Shown in pieces: positions 19,781 through 29,336 of a stretch of DNA of 64,000 nt (position 1 is the first letter of the stretch; each line of letters starts with the position of its first letter). The translations under genes and the position numbers were made by a program. Below the pieces are notes generated by a model. That model saw only the letters and a list, made by a program, of their open reading frames with translations, had not been told where the DNA came from and did not search any database. Source of the DNA: a virus (taxonomy: Duplodnaviria; Caudoviricetes); the IMG/VR virus record IMGVR_UViG_3300033073_001332, positions 96,001 through 160,000 of that record; one strand, written 5' to 3'.

Positions 19781-21544
19781 TCAACGACGCTTAGAAATCA
19801 TATTTAACATTTCTTCAATTACCGTTGCTTCATCAAATATATCATCACCCATAACCGTTGAAATGATTTTCTTTTTTCTATTTAATATGTCGTATATGGC
19901 ACCTTCAATTGTGTTTTCAAATAGTGGGTAATAAACAGATGTTGAGTTTTTCTGACCAATTCTATGAGACCTGTCTTCTGCTTGTGAGTGTTCTGCCGGT
20001 ACAAATGATAAGTCGTTCATAATCACGGCCTCCGCTGAGGTTAGAGTAATACCTACACCTGCAGCTTTTAAGTTACCAACAAATACTTTTATCTTATCGT
20101 TTGTTTGGAATTCATCTACAGCATTTTGTCTGTGAAACTTAGTACAACTACCATCTAAATAAACCGCTTGTTTTCCAAAATGGTTATATATTTCGTTTAA
20201 TGTGTCCGTAAAGTTTGTGAATATGATTACCTTTTTACCTTGTTCAATAATATTTTCAGCCAGTTCGATTGTGTTTTTAATTTTTTCCTGTGCAATAACT
20301 TTTCTAACTTTCATCAATTTAGAAAACTGAATTGTTAAAGATGCTGACTCTTCGGGATTTTCATCGTACCAATCAAAGTATTCACCCATCAAATCTTCAT
20401 AATCTTTAGATTTCAATCTTAAATAAACAGGTGTAATGATTTTTTCAGGTAAATCTAAAACGTCTTCCTTCAACCTTCTAAGAATATGAGTTGATGTCCG
20501 TTCTCTTAATTCATCGAGGTTTGATGCTCCCGTGACATTCCAAACTTTTCTTTTACCAACACTAAATTGAAACCCATTACAATATCTTTTAGCGTAAGCC
20601 ATCCAATTCATAGCAACAGGACTATCAACAAGATTTAATAAGTTGTAATAATTCATAGGTCTTGAAGTCATTGGGGTTCCTGATAACAACCATACCCTTG
20701 TTGATTTTTGTGCAATGTCGTTTGCAATTTTTGTTCTTTGTGCTTGTGGGTTTGAAATCATGTGTGCTTCATCCATGATTACCAAATCAAATTCTGTTTT
20801 TAATATTTCTGATTCTTCTTTCTTTTTTGGGTCATGAAAATTTTTCAAGATATCATAATTGATGATAACAAAATCGTGTTCGGTTGAAAATTTCTTTCCT
20901 TCCGCAATAAAAACAGACCTATCAGAATAATTTGCAATTTCACGTTCCCAATTTATCTTTAAAGATGCAGGACATACTATTAATATTTTTTTAGCTCCCG
21001 TTTCTAACGCAGCAACGATTGTGGAAGTTGTTTTACCAAGACCCATATCGTCAGCTAAAATAAACTTTTTATTCTTAACCAGTTTTTCAATCGCTTCTTT
21101 CTGATGTGTCATTGGTGGTCTGTGAGAATATTTTTCATATTCTATTTGGACATTCTTTACTTCGTTGTCTTTAATAAGTGCCGATTTAGGCATCCAAAAC
21201 TCATGTATTGTTTCACCACTGAATATTTTACCCCAAATATGATAGGACTTATCTTTCTCAACCAACAACTTCTCAACGTATATTTCTGTTGGTTCTTTTG
21301 TATACATCTTATCTTCCATAAGTTTTTTACCAAAATATGAATCTAATTTGACCCATTTTTTTGCAACTTTTGGATTTGTGTTTTGATAATTTATAATATA
21401 TTCAGCCTGACTTCTTGTTGGTGTGAAAGTCTTACTATTTTCCTTTTTATGTTTTAAATTTAGGATATAGTTATTTGACCCTTCATAATTTTCTAAAATT
21501 GTGAGGGCTTTTGATTCAGGAGTCTTCGGTACAAAATCTTCCAT
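19781..21544 (-). CDS. SNF2/SWI2-family ATPase (HARP/SMARCAL1-like)
   Basis: ADDMGLGKT, DEAH, LSGTP and QAEDRSHRIGQ. Confidence 0.92.
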   Translation of the reverse strand: MEDFVPKTPESKALTILENYEGSNNYILNLKHKKENSKTFTPTRSQAEYIINYQNTNPKVAKKWVKLDSYFGKKLMEDKMYTKEPTEIYVEKLLVEKDKSYHIWGKIFSGETIHEFWMPKSALIKDNEVKNVQIEYEKYSHRPPMTHQKEAIEKLVKNKKFILADDMGLGKTTSTIVAALETGAKKILIVCPASLKINWEREIANYSDRSVFIAEGKKFSTEHDFVIINYDILKNFHDPKKKEESEILKTEFDLVIMDEAHMISNPQAQRTKIANDIAQKSTRVWLLSGTPMTSRPMNYYNLLNLVDSPVAMNWMAYAKRYCNGFQFSVGKRKVWNVTGASNLDELRERTSTHILRRLKEDVLDLPEKIITPVYLRLKSKDYEDLMGEYFDWYDENPEESASLTIQFSKLMKVRKVIAQEKIKNTIELAENIIEQGKKVIIFTNFTDTLNEIYNHFGKQAVYLDGSCTKFHRQNAVDEFQTNDKIKVFVGNLKAAGVGITLTSAEAVIMNDLSFVPAEHSQAEDRSHRIGQKNSTSVYYPLFENTIEGAIYDILNRKKKIISTVMGDDIFDEATVIEEMLNMISKRR

Positions 21545-21599
21545 AATATATTAAAATATAGTAAACATCTATAAAAAATCAATCAAAGTATTTATAGGT

Positions 21600-22115
21600 A
21601 TGGCAGACAATAGAGTTCCGATAACAAGACTAAACAAATTTTTCTCAGAAGAGGATTTCAATTTAGAAATTTCTATGGGTGACGAATGGTTAGGTGGTGA
21701 TATGAATTTCACACTTGTTTTATATCGTATTGATAGACAAAGAACACTTAGTGATGATGTGTATGGTGAAACATTAGAAGACGGAATCCAATTTTTACCA
21801 CCTGTCGAGTTTAAGGGATATGTTCAAATTGAGGCACCTTCTAATGTTGATTACGGTGGTTCACGTCTTTCACAATCAGAACCTGGTAACTTGAAAGTTG
21901 GGGTTTATCAAAAACAACTTGAGGAGTTGGGTATTGATATTAACTATGGTGACTACATTGGATATTACGAAAATGAAACAAGAGTTAGATATTATAGTGT
22001 GGTTGACGATGGTCGTGTATTAAGTGATAATAGACACACTTACGGTGGATATAAACCATTCTATCGTTCGATTGTTGCTGCACCTGCTACGGATAACGAA
22101 TTTAGAGGATTATAA
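21600..22115 (+). CDS. Head-closure / neck protein (gp14-like position)
   Basis: DDVYGE motif, beta-rich, located before the tail terminator and sheath. Confidence 0.5.
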   Translation: MADNRVPITRLNKFFSEEDFNLEISMGDEWLGGDMNFTLVLYRIDRQRTLSDDVYGETLEDGIQFLPPVEFKGYVQIEAPSNVDYGGSRLSQSEPGNLKVGVYQKQLEELGIDINYGDYIGYYENETRVRYYSVVDDGRVLSDNRHTYGGYKPFYRSIVAAPATDNEFRGL

Positions 22116-22117
22116 AA

Positions 22118-23158
22118 ATGGCATTACCAAAAAAAATAAAAAAACATTTACCTTTAATACCTGAGAAGGTTGGTCGTGAAAGAAGACAACAAATGTTGGA
22201 TGATATTACAGACCACGGCACTTTTCTACCTAAAGGTGTTTTACATGCGGATTTAGATTTGGGGATGTTGGATTTTGTAAAAGAAAGATTAAAATTAGTC
22301 GTAACTGAAAAATTAGTCCCTACCGTCGATAAAATTATTACAAATCAAAACTGGTCACAATTTACTGAGACGTGGGATTTCCAAGATTTAGATAAGAACA
22401 TTTCTCTACCTTTTATTGCTACGGTTAGAACACCTGAAGTTAAATACGGAACGTTTCAAGGAGGAGCTGCGAATATACCTAATAGAAGACAATTTTTTTA
22501 TTACACGGTACCAACATGGGACGGGCAAAGAAAAGGTGCGGACGTATATAAAATACCGCAACCAATCCCTGTAGATATTACTTATAATGTAAAACTATTT
22601 TGTAATCGAATGCGAGAACTTAATGAGTTCAACAAAATAGTGATGCAAACTTTCACATCAAAACAAGCATACACACAAATCAAAGGTCATTACATTCCAA
22701 TTACAATGGACGGAGTTGCTGATGAATCGGCAAAGGAGATTGGTAAAAGAAAATATTACATTGCAAGTTATACATTCATTATGAAGGGACTTCTTATTGA
22801 TGAAGCTGAATTTCAAATATCCCCCGCAATTACAAGACAAGTAACTTTATTTGAAACCGAAGATAAAGTTAAAACTAAAAAGGTAGATATAAAACCACCG
22901 AGACCAAATAACTTTGATTTGGATTTATTATTCATCACAGGTAACACCCAACTTACCGAAGTTTTTAGATACGCGGTTGATTTGAAGACAACTGAAATAT
23001 CAAACGTAAGTTCGTATGATGTTTATATAAATTCTAATTTTGTTGGTAGTAACTTAACAACAATACAAATTAATGATGGTGATACTTTTTTAATTAGTGT
23101 TACAAAAATCGATAACACTAAGGAGTCTATTATTAAAACGGTCGCGTATTTGGTTTAG
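22118..23158 (+). CDS. Tail completion/terminator protein (T4 gp15-like)
   Basis: PIPVDITYNVKLF..RMRELN motif; adjacent to the sheath gene. Confidence 0.6.
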   Translation: MALPKKIKKHLPLIPEKVGRERRQQMLDDITDHGTFLPKGVLHADLDLGMLDFVKERLKLVVTEKLVPTVDKIITNQNWSQFTETWDFQDLDKNISLPFIATVRTPEVKYGTFQGGAANIPNRRQFFYYTVPTWDGQRKGADVYKIPQPIPVDITYNVKLFCNRMRELNEFNKIVMQTFTSKQAYTQIKGHYIPITMDGVADESAKEIGKRKYYIASYTFIMKGLLIDEAEFQISPAITRQVTLFETEDKVKTKKVDIKPPRPNNFDLDLLFITGNTQLTEVFRYAVDLKTTEISNVSSYDVYINSNFVGSNLTTIQINDGDTFLISVTKIDNTKESIIKTVAYLV

Positions 23159-23320
23159 TTATTCGCCGTATATATCCTTAACTTCTTTGCAGTTTTCTGT
23201 AATAATTTTCTCTAAATATTTATACATCTTTAACCCATGTTTATCACAATAGTTCTTCAATAACATGTGAACTTCGGGTTTTATTTTAAGATTTTTTATT
23301 TTTTTTTGGTCTGTTTTCAT
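23159..23320 (-). CDS. Small ribbon-helix-helix-like DNA-binding protein (53 aa, not in ORF track)
   Basis: MKTDQKKIKNLKIKPEVHMLLKNYCDKHGLKMYKYLEKIITENCKEVKDIYGE; own TATTTATC motif on the minus strand at 23358-23365. Confidence 0.65.
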   Translation of the reverse strand: MKTDQKKIKNLKIKPEVHMLLKNYCDKHGLKMYKYLEKIITENCKEVKDIYGE

Positions 23321-23442
23321 AAAGGTAGAAAAAAGGCAGAATTTATTCTTACTCCTTGATAAATATTATCCTAAGGGAAAGTTTTTTGTAATCTGACGAT
23401 GTATTTATATAGAAAAATAAATTCTAAAACTATATTATTAAA

Positions 23443-26400
23443 ATGGCATCATCTAATAAAGTTTTTGTTTCACCAGGTGTATACACATCTGAAAGAGACT
23501 TAACGTTTGTAGCACAAAGTGTAGGTGTAACTACTTTAGGAGTTGTTGGTGAAACTTTACAAGGACCAGCATTTGAACCTATTTTCATCACTAACTTTGA
23601 CGAATTCCAAACGTATTTCGGTGGAACAAGTCCTGAAAAATTCGTTAACACCCAAATTCCAAAATATGAGTTAGGTTATATTGCAAAATCATACCTATCA
23701 CAATCCAATCAATTATTTGTAACAAGAGTACTTGGACTTTCAGGTTATGATGCGGGTCCATCTTGGTCAATTGTAACTATTGGTAATGTTAACCCCGCTA
23801 CAATTGCTGCGACAGGTACTACGGGTCCTGTAGCTGTTACATTTACAGGTACAACTGGAGGAACGGTAACATTAACTTCTGTACCATCATCAATCAACGT
23901 AGGGGGTAATTTTTATAACCCTTACACTGAATTCAATGGTGGAACTTCATCAATTGCATCTGATTTACAAAGTTATTTATCAACACAAATTAATTTATTT
24001 GCAACATCTTCATCTGCATCAGGAGCAACATCTATATTGTGGGGAACTTCAAGTGCATCAACACTGACTAGTGTTACTGGTGTTACTTCCCTTAACACTA
24101 TTACAGGTTCTACTGAAATGTTTGGTGTGAATAATGTGAATTTAGCGTACGCTAATTTATCAGCAGCAACAAACGACGCATGGTACTATGGATTATTTAA
24201 CTACTATCAAGGTACTAATGATGTGAATACTTACTACGGTCAAAGTTTAGGGGCATCCCTTTCAGGTATTTCAACAACACCTACAAGTGGTGTTTACTCA
24301 GGAACGGTTGCATTCTTTACTACCGCTTATTCAGGAGCACCTTATTCAACATACGATGATATGGTAGTTGCTACTTTAAGGTCTCGTGGTATATCAAACT
24401 ATAGTTCATCACAATCAGGACCATCATATGAAGTAACAGGATTAACTGATGTTTCAATGATTTGTACTGGTGGATATTCAGCGGTTACTAAAAACCCATA
24501 TTCGACATTCCAAATCTCAGGTGTTACATATGACGGAAATCCGTTCACGTTTGAAACTTCTATGTTGAATACAAACAAAAATTATGTTAGAAACGTATTT
24601 GGAGCATCTAACTTTGGTAAAGATAGAACTGAAGTTCCATTATTTGTTGAGGAAACGTATTCAGCACTTTTACAAACAGGATACAGAGCAGGTCAAATTA
24701 GAGGTTTATATTGTGATTTAGTTGCTCTTGATAAAGCACGTTCATTGAATACAGATAGTATTGGTTTCTACTTAGAACAATACCAAACACCAGAAACACC
24801 ATTTGTGGTTTCAGAACTTAGAGGTAATAAAGTATTCAAACTATTTAAGTTTGTTTTAATCTCAGACGGAAACGCGGCTAACACATACGTTAAACTTTCA
24901 ATTGGTAATATTTCATTCAATACTGGTACATTTGATGTATTTGTAAGAGACTTCTTTGATAATGACCAAAATGTTAAAGTATTAGAAAGTTTTACAAATT
25001 GTTCATTAGACCCATCACAAAACAATTATATCGCAAACAAAATTGGTACATCGAATGGTGAATACCAAGTTAAATCAAAATTTGTGATGTTAGAAATGAG
25101 TGATGAGGCACCGATAGACGCATTACCATGTGGTTTTGAAGGATACATTATGAGAGAATATGCAAATGCTACTCCTCCGTTTGTCCCTTACAAAACAAAA
25201 TATTACACAGCTGGTGAAACAATTTATAACCCACCATTCGGTTCAACAAGTGGAGGTGATAATCCTGTAATATCAAGTGGTGAAAATCCAAGAAGAGCTT
25301 ACTTAGGTATATCTAACATTACAGGATATGACTATGACTTCTTCCAATATAAAGGAAAACAATTACCAACAAACTTAGCAACAGATACAACAGGACCAGC
25401 ATGGGGTTACCTTACTAAAGGTTTCCACATGGATAGTGGAGCTACTGTAGTTACTATCACAAACGCATACGCAACTTCAGGACAATCCGCATTTGAAGTA
25501 GGAGTTGGAGCATTTAATTCAGAACCGACAGATACTTCAAATCCTTACTATAAATTAAACACTCGTAAATTTACGGTATTAGCTTACGGAGGTTTTGATG
25601 GTTGGGATATCTACAGAGAGTATAGAACAAATAGTGATTCATATGCTTTAGGTCAAACAGGTTTCAAATACGGAGCAGCAAGTTCACCAACATACCCAAC
25701 AGCAACAGGATGGGGAGCATTCAAAGCAATCTCAGGTCCTAACCAAGAAAGTTGGGCAAATACTGACTACTACGCTTACAAATGGGGTCAATCAACATTT
25801 GCAAATCCTGAATCAACAAATATTAACGTATTTGCAACACCAGGAATTGATTATGTAAACAACTCAAACTTAGTTGAGGATGCGATTGATATGATTGAAA
25901 CAGATAGAGCTGACTCAATTTACATTACAACTACACCTGACTTTAACATGTTCTTACCTTCATACCAAGACATTAGTGAAGGTTTGATTTACCCACAAGA
26001 GGCAGTTGACAACTTAGAAGGAACAGGAATTGATTCTAACTACACGGCAACTTACTACCCGTGGGTATTGACAAGAGATACGGTTAATAACACTCAAATC
26101 TACATTCCTGCAACTTCAGAGGTTGTAAGAAACTTAGCATTAACTGATAACATCGCGTTTCCTTGGTTCGCTTCAGCGGGTTACACAAGAGGTCTTGTAA
26201 ATGCAATTAGAGCAAGACGTAAGTTGACTCAAGATGATAGAGACACTCTATACAAAGGAAGAATCAACCCAATCGCTACTTTCTCTGATGTGGGTACGGT
26301 AATTTGGGGTAACAAAACAATGCAAATTAGAGAATCTGCGCTTGACAGAATTAATGTAAGAAGGTTGTTGTTACAAGCTCGTAAATTGATTTCAGCAGTA

Positions 26401-26655
26401 GCGGTTAGATTATTGTTTGAACAAAACGACAACAAAGTAAGACAAGACTTCTTAGATTCAGTTAACCCAATCTTAGACCAAATTAGAAGAGACAGAGGTT
26501 TGATTGACTTTAGAGTTCAAGTTTCTAACACACCTGAAGATTTAGATTCAAATACATTGACAGGTAAAATCTTCTTAAAACCAACAAGAGCGTTAGAATA
26601 CATTGATATCGAATTTGTTATCACACCAACAGGAGCGTCATTTGACAACATCTAA
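23443..26655 (+). CDS. Contractile tail sheath protein with large insertions
   Basis: SPGVYTSERD N-terminus; PWFASAGYTRG, INPI, WGNKT and RINVRRLL...FEQN C-terminus. Confidence 0.95.
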   Translation: MASSNKVFVSPGVYTSERDLTFVAQSVGVTTLGVVGETLQGPAFEPIFITNFDEFQTYFGGTSPEKFVNTQIPKYELGYIAKSYLSQSNQLFVTRVLGLSGYDAGPSWSIVTIGNVNPATIAATGTTGPVAVTFTGTTGGTVTLTSVPSSINVGGNFYNPYTEFNGGTSSIASDLQSYLSTQINLFATSSSASGATSILWGTSSASTLTSVTGVTSLNTITGSTEMFGVNNVNLAYANLSAATNDAWYYGLFNYYQGTNDVNTYYGQSLGASLSGISTTPTSGVYSGTVAFFTTAYSGAPYSTYDDMVVATLRSRGISNYSSSQSGPSYEVTGLTDVSMICTGGYSAVTKNPYSTFQISGVTYDGNPFTFETSMLNTNKNYVRNVFGASNFGKDRTEVPLFVEETYSALLQTGYRAGQIRGLYCDLVALDKARSLNTDSIGFYLEQYQTPETPFVVSELRGNKVFKLFKFVLISDGNAANTYVKLSIGNISFNTGTFDVFVRDFFDNDQNVKVLESFTNCSLDPSQNNYIANKIGTSNGEYQVKSKFVMLEMSDEAPIDALPCGFEGYIMREYANATPPFVPYKTKYYTAGETIYNPPFGSTSGGDNPVISSGENPRRAYLGISNITGYDYDFFQYKGKQLPTNLATDTTGPAWGYLTKGFHMDSGATVVTITNAYATSGQSAFEVGVGAFNSEPTDTSNPYYKLNTRKFTVLAYGGFDGWDIYREYRTNSDSYALGQTGFKYGAASSPTYPTATGWGAFKAISGPNQESWANTDYYAYKWGQSTFANPESTNINVFATPGIDYVNNSNLVEDAIDMIETDRADSIYITTTPDFNMFLPSYQDISEGLIYPQEAVDNLEGTGIDSNYTATYYPWVLTRDTVNNTQIYIPATSEVVRNLALTDNIAFPWFASAGYTRGLVNAIRARRKLTQDDRDTLYKGRINPIATFSDVGTVIWGNKTMQIRESALDRINVRRLLLQARKLISAVAVRLLFEQNDNKVRQDFLDSVNPILDQIRRDRGLIDFRVQVSNTPEDLDSNTLTGKIFLKPTRALEYIDIEFVITPTGASFDNI

Positions 26656-26668
26656 AAAATAAAATGAG

Positions 26669-26690
26669 TGGGGGGTAGAAATATCCCCCA
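26669..26690 (+). terminator. GNRA-capped hairpin after the sheath gene (terminator or mRNA stabiliser)
   Basis: TGGGGGGTA-GAAA-TATCCCCCA with a weak U tract. Confidence 0.55.
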
Positions 26691-26713
26691 TAAATTATTT
26701 AAATAAAAAAACT

Positions 26714-26851
26714 ATGAAAATAGAGAAAAAATTAATCAAAGAATCTTTAGGTTATAAAACCGAAGGAAAAAAAATGTTTGCAACAAAAAAACAAAATATT
26801 GTTATTACTGAAGCACAATTAGAAAAATTATTAGAGAAACTAAAAAAATAA
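26714..26851 (+). CDS. Small basic protein (45 aa, not in ORF track)
   Basis: MKIEKKLIKESLGYKTEGKKMFATKKQNIVITEAQLEKLLEKLKK; stop overlaps the next start (TAATG). Confidence 0.65.
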   Translation: MKIEKKLIKESLGYKTEGKKMFATKKQNIVITEAQLEKLLEKLKK

Positions 26852-27723
26852 TGGATATTAGTAAACACATTAAAGAATTTGTTAAATCTCGTAGATTGAA
26901 TGAGGGTTTTACTGAAGAGGGTAACCCTGATACAAAATACTACGCGTTTGATTGGGACGACAACATTATGTTTATGCCAACCTCTATAATTGTACTTAGT
27001 GAAAACGATGAAGAAGTTCCGATGTCTACTGAAGATTTTGCTGAACACAGACACCAAATAGGTAAAGAACCATTCCCATATAAAGGAACAACGGTTGTGG
27101 ATTTTGCACCTGATGCGTTTAGAAATTTTGGAGTTAAGGGTGATAAGAGATTTGTGTTAGATACAATGATGGCACCTTTGGGTCCTTCTTGGAATGACTT
27201 TGTAGAGTGTATAAATGGGGGTTCAATCTTCTCAATCATCACAGCTAGAGGTCACGACCCAAAAACATTAAAAGAGGCTGTATACAACCTTATAATGGCT
27301 AATAAGAATGGTATTAATAGTAGAACATTAGCTGAAAACTTATACAGATACAGACATATTGGAAATGAAGTTGGTGATAGTAAAAAAGTTAAAGCGTTAA
27401 CACCAAAAGAACTTCGTGAATATTTGGACTTATGTCGTTTTTATCCCGTGACTTTTGGGGAAGGTTCTGCAACCAACCCTGAAGAAGGTAAAATCAAAGC
27501 GATGAAGGAATTTATCTCTTATTGTAAGGAAATGGCAAAAGAGGTCGGGGAAAAAGCGTATTTCAAAAACGACGTCGAAAATAATGAGATACTACCAATG
27601 ATTGGTTTTTCAGATGACGACCAGAGAAATATAGAAAAGATGAAAGACTTTTTAGATACACATGATACTGAAAAACTAGTAAAAACTTATTTAACTAAAG
27701 GAGGAGAAAAGAAAGAATACTAG
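26851..27723 (+). CDS. HAD-superfamily phosphohydrolase
   Basis: AFDWDDNI (motif I), IITARG (II), a conserved K, and GFSDDD..N (IV). Confidence 0.7.
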   Translation: MDISKHIKEFVKSRRLNEGFTEEGNPDTKYYAFDWDDNIMFMPTSIIVLSENDEEVPMSTEDFAEHRHQIGKEPFPYKGTTVVDFAPDAFRNFGVKGDKRFVLDTMMAPLGPSWNDFVECINGGSIFSIITARGHDPKTLKEAVYNLIMANKNGINSRTLAENLYRYRHIGNEVGDSKKVKALTPKELREYLDLCRFYPVTFGEGSATNPEEGKIKAMKEFISYCKEMAKEVGEKAYFKNDVENNEILPMIGFSDDDQRNIEKMKDFLDTHDTEKLVKTYLTKGGEKKEY

Positions 27724-27833
27724 AAAGTTATTTATAATGCAACGATAATTTTTAAAAAATACAAAGTAAATAGAAAAAAATTTAGTTGACGATATTTATA
27801 ATAAAAATAAAAGAAACAAAAAAATAGATAGAC

Positions 27834-28322
27834 ATGGCTGATTTGTTAATGAAAATGCCCTTTCAATATGAACCTAAAAGAAAAAATAGGTTTATTATTA
27901 CATTCCCATCTTCTTTGGGGATTAATTCTTGGTATGTAGAAAGTGCTTCAAGACCAAAAATTGAGATTAAAGAAACACCAATTCCATTTTTGAATACTGA
28001 AACTTATGTTGCTGGTCAATTTAAATGGGGTTCAATTGATGTTACTTTCCGTGACCCAATCGGACCTTCTGCTTCTCAAGCTTTAATGGAGTGGGTACGT
28101 TTACACGCTGAGTCTGTAACAGGTCGTATGGGTTATGCTGCTGGTTATAAAAAAGATATTGACCTTGAAATGTTGGACCCAACAGGTGTAGCTGTTGAAA
28201 AATGGATTCTACAAGGTACATTCTTAACAAGTGTTGATTTTGATTCTTTAGGTTATAGTGAAGATGGTTTAGTTACGGTTAAAGCAACTTTAAGACCTGA
28301 CAGATGTATCTTAGTTTACTAA
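27834..28322 (+). CDS. Tail tube protein (T4 gp19-like)
   Basis: EPKRKNRF, W..I.VTFRD, GYKKDI.LEMLDPTG..VEKW.L.G; follows the sheath. Confidence 0.9.
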   Translation: MADLLMKMPFQYEPKRKNRFIITFPSSLGINSWYVESASRPKIEIKETPIPFLNTETYVAGQFKWGSIDVTFRDPIGPSASQALMEWVRLHAESVTGRMGYAAGYKKDIDLEMLDPTGVAVEKWILQGTFLTSVDFDSLGYSEDGLVTVKATLRPDRCILVY

Positions 28323-28344
28323 AAACAAAATAAAAATATTATTC

Positions 28345-28373
28345 AATCCCATCTATTTTAGGTGGGATTTTTT
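28345..28373 (+). terminator. Rho-independent terminator
   Basis: AATCCCATCTA-TTT-TAGGTGGGATT plus T tract. Confidence 0.8.
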
Positions 28374-28416
28374 ATTTACATAAACTAAAGTCAAGTTATT
28401 TTTAAAGAAAAAAATT

Positions 28417-29175
28417 ATGGACAAAAGCGCTCAATACGGTCAAATGGATTTTAATCTTCCACATGATATGGTATCATTACCATCTAAAGGTATTTTTTAC
28501 AAACCAAAAAAAGAAAGTTTAAAAGTTGGGTATCTCACTGCGACTGATGAAAATATTTTGATGTCAAACATCATATCACAAGAAGGATTCGTTCAAACGT
28601 TATTAAGACAAAAAGTTTATGAACCTGGCTTTGACGTTTTACAATTATTGAATTGTGATGTGGAAGCTATTTTAATTTATTTAAGAAATACTTCTTTTGG
28701 TGATTTATATGAATTTAAAGTTAATGACCCCAAAACTAATATCAAGTTTGATGTATCAATAAAATTAGACAGAATAAGCGTTAAAGATGCAGAACAAACC
28801 CCTGATGAGAGTGGACTATTTAACTTTAGATTGCCTAAGTCTGGTAATAATGTAAAACTAAGATTATTAAATTTAGGTGATACAATTTATTTAGAAAAAT
28901 TACAAGACAAATACCCACAAGGTATGGTTGCACCGATTATCACTAGTCGTTTAGAAAGAGCAATTGTTAGTATTGATGGAAATGAAGACAGAGAATTTAT
29001 TTCAAAATTCATTACTCAAATGCCGATTATAGACTCCAAAGAAATAAGAAGATTCCTTAAAACATGTGAACCACAATTAGACTTAAACAGAAAAGTAAAA
29101 GCCCCGTCAGGAGAAGAAGTGACTATAGATTTCACTTTTGGGGTTGAATTTTTTCGTCCTTTCTTCTCAATATAA
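28417..29175 (+). CDS. Tail assembly chaperone / baseplate hub assembly protein (gp26-like)
   Basis: V.LPSKG.FY, LTATDENIL, and C-terminal GVEFF; lies between tube and tape measure. Confidence 0.7.
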   Translation: MDKSAQYGQMDFNLPHDMVSLPSKGIFYKPKKESLKVGYLTATDENILMSNIISQEGFVQTLLRQKVYEPGFDVLQLLNCDVEAILIYLRNTSFGDLYEFKVNDPKTNIKFDVSIKLDRISVKDAEQTPDESGLFNFRLPKSGNNVKLRLLNLGDTIYLEKLQDKYPQGMVAPIITSRLERAIVSIDGNEDREFISKFITQMPIIDSKEIRRFLKTCEPQLDLNRKVKAPSGEEVTIDFTFGVEFFRPFFSI

Positions 29176-29308
29176 AAAAAATTTAATGGATGAAATGTAT
29201 TACTTGGTTAAGTATGCCAATTTTTCTTACGAGGATTTATTAAAAATGCCAACTTTTGAAAGAAAGTATTTTGTCGAGAAGTTGATTGAAGAGTCAACTA
29301 AAAAATAA
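29150..29308 (+). CDS. Second chaperone segment (gp51-like or 'T' part); own ATG at 29186 or reached by +1 frameshift
   Basis: +1 frame open from 29129: FFVLSSQYKKNLMDEMYYLVKYANFSYEDLLKMPTFERKYFVEKLIEESTKK, with an MP..ER motif. Confidence 0.7.
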   Translation, partial: FFVLSSQYKKNLMDEMYYLVKYANFSYEDLLKMPTFERKYFVEKLIEESTKK

Positions 29309-29336
29309 TTTTTTATCTATTTATAATTAAAAAGCT

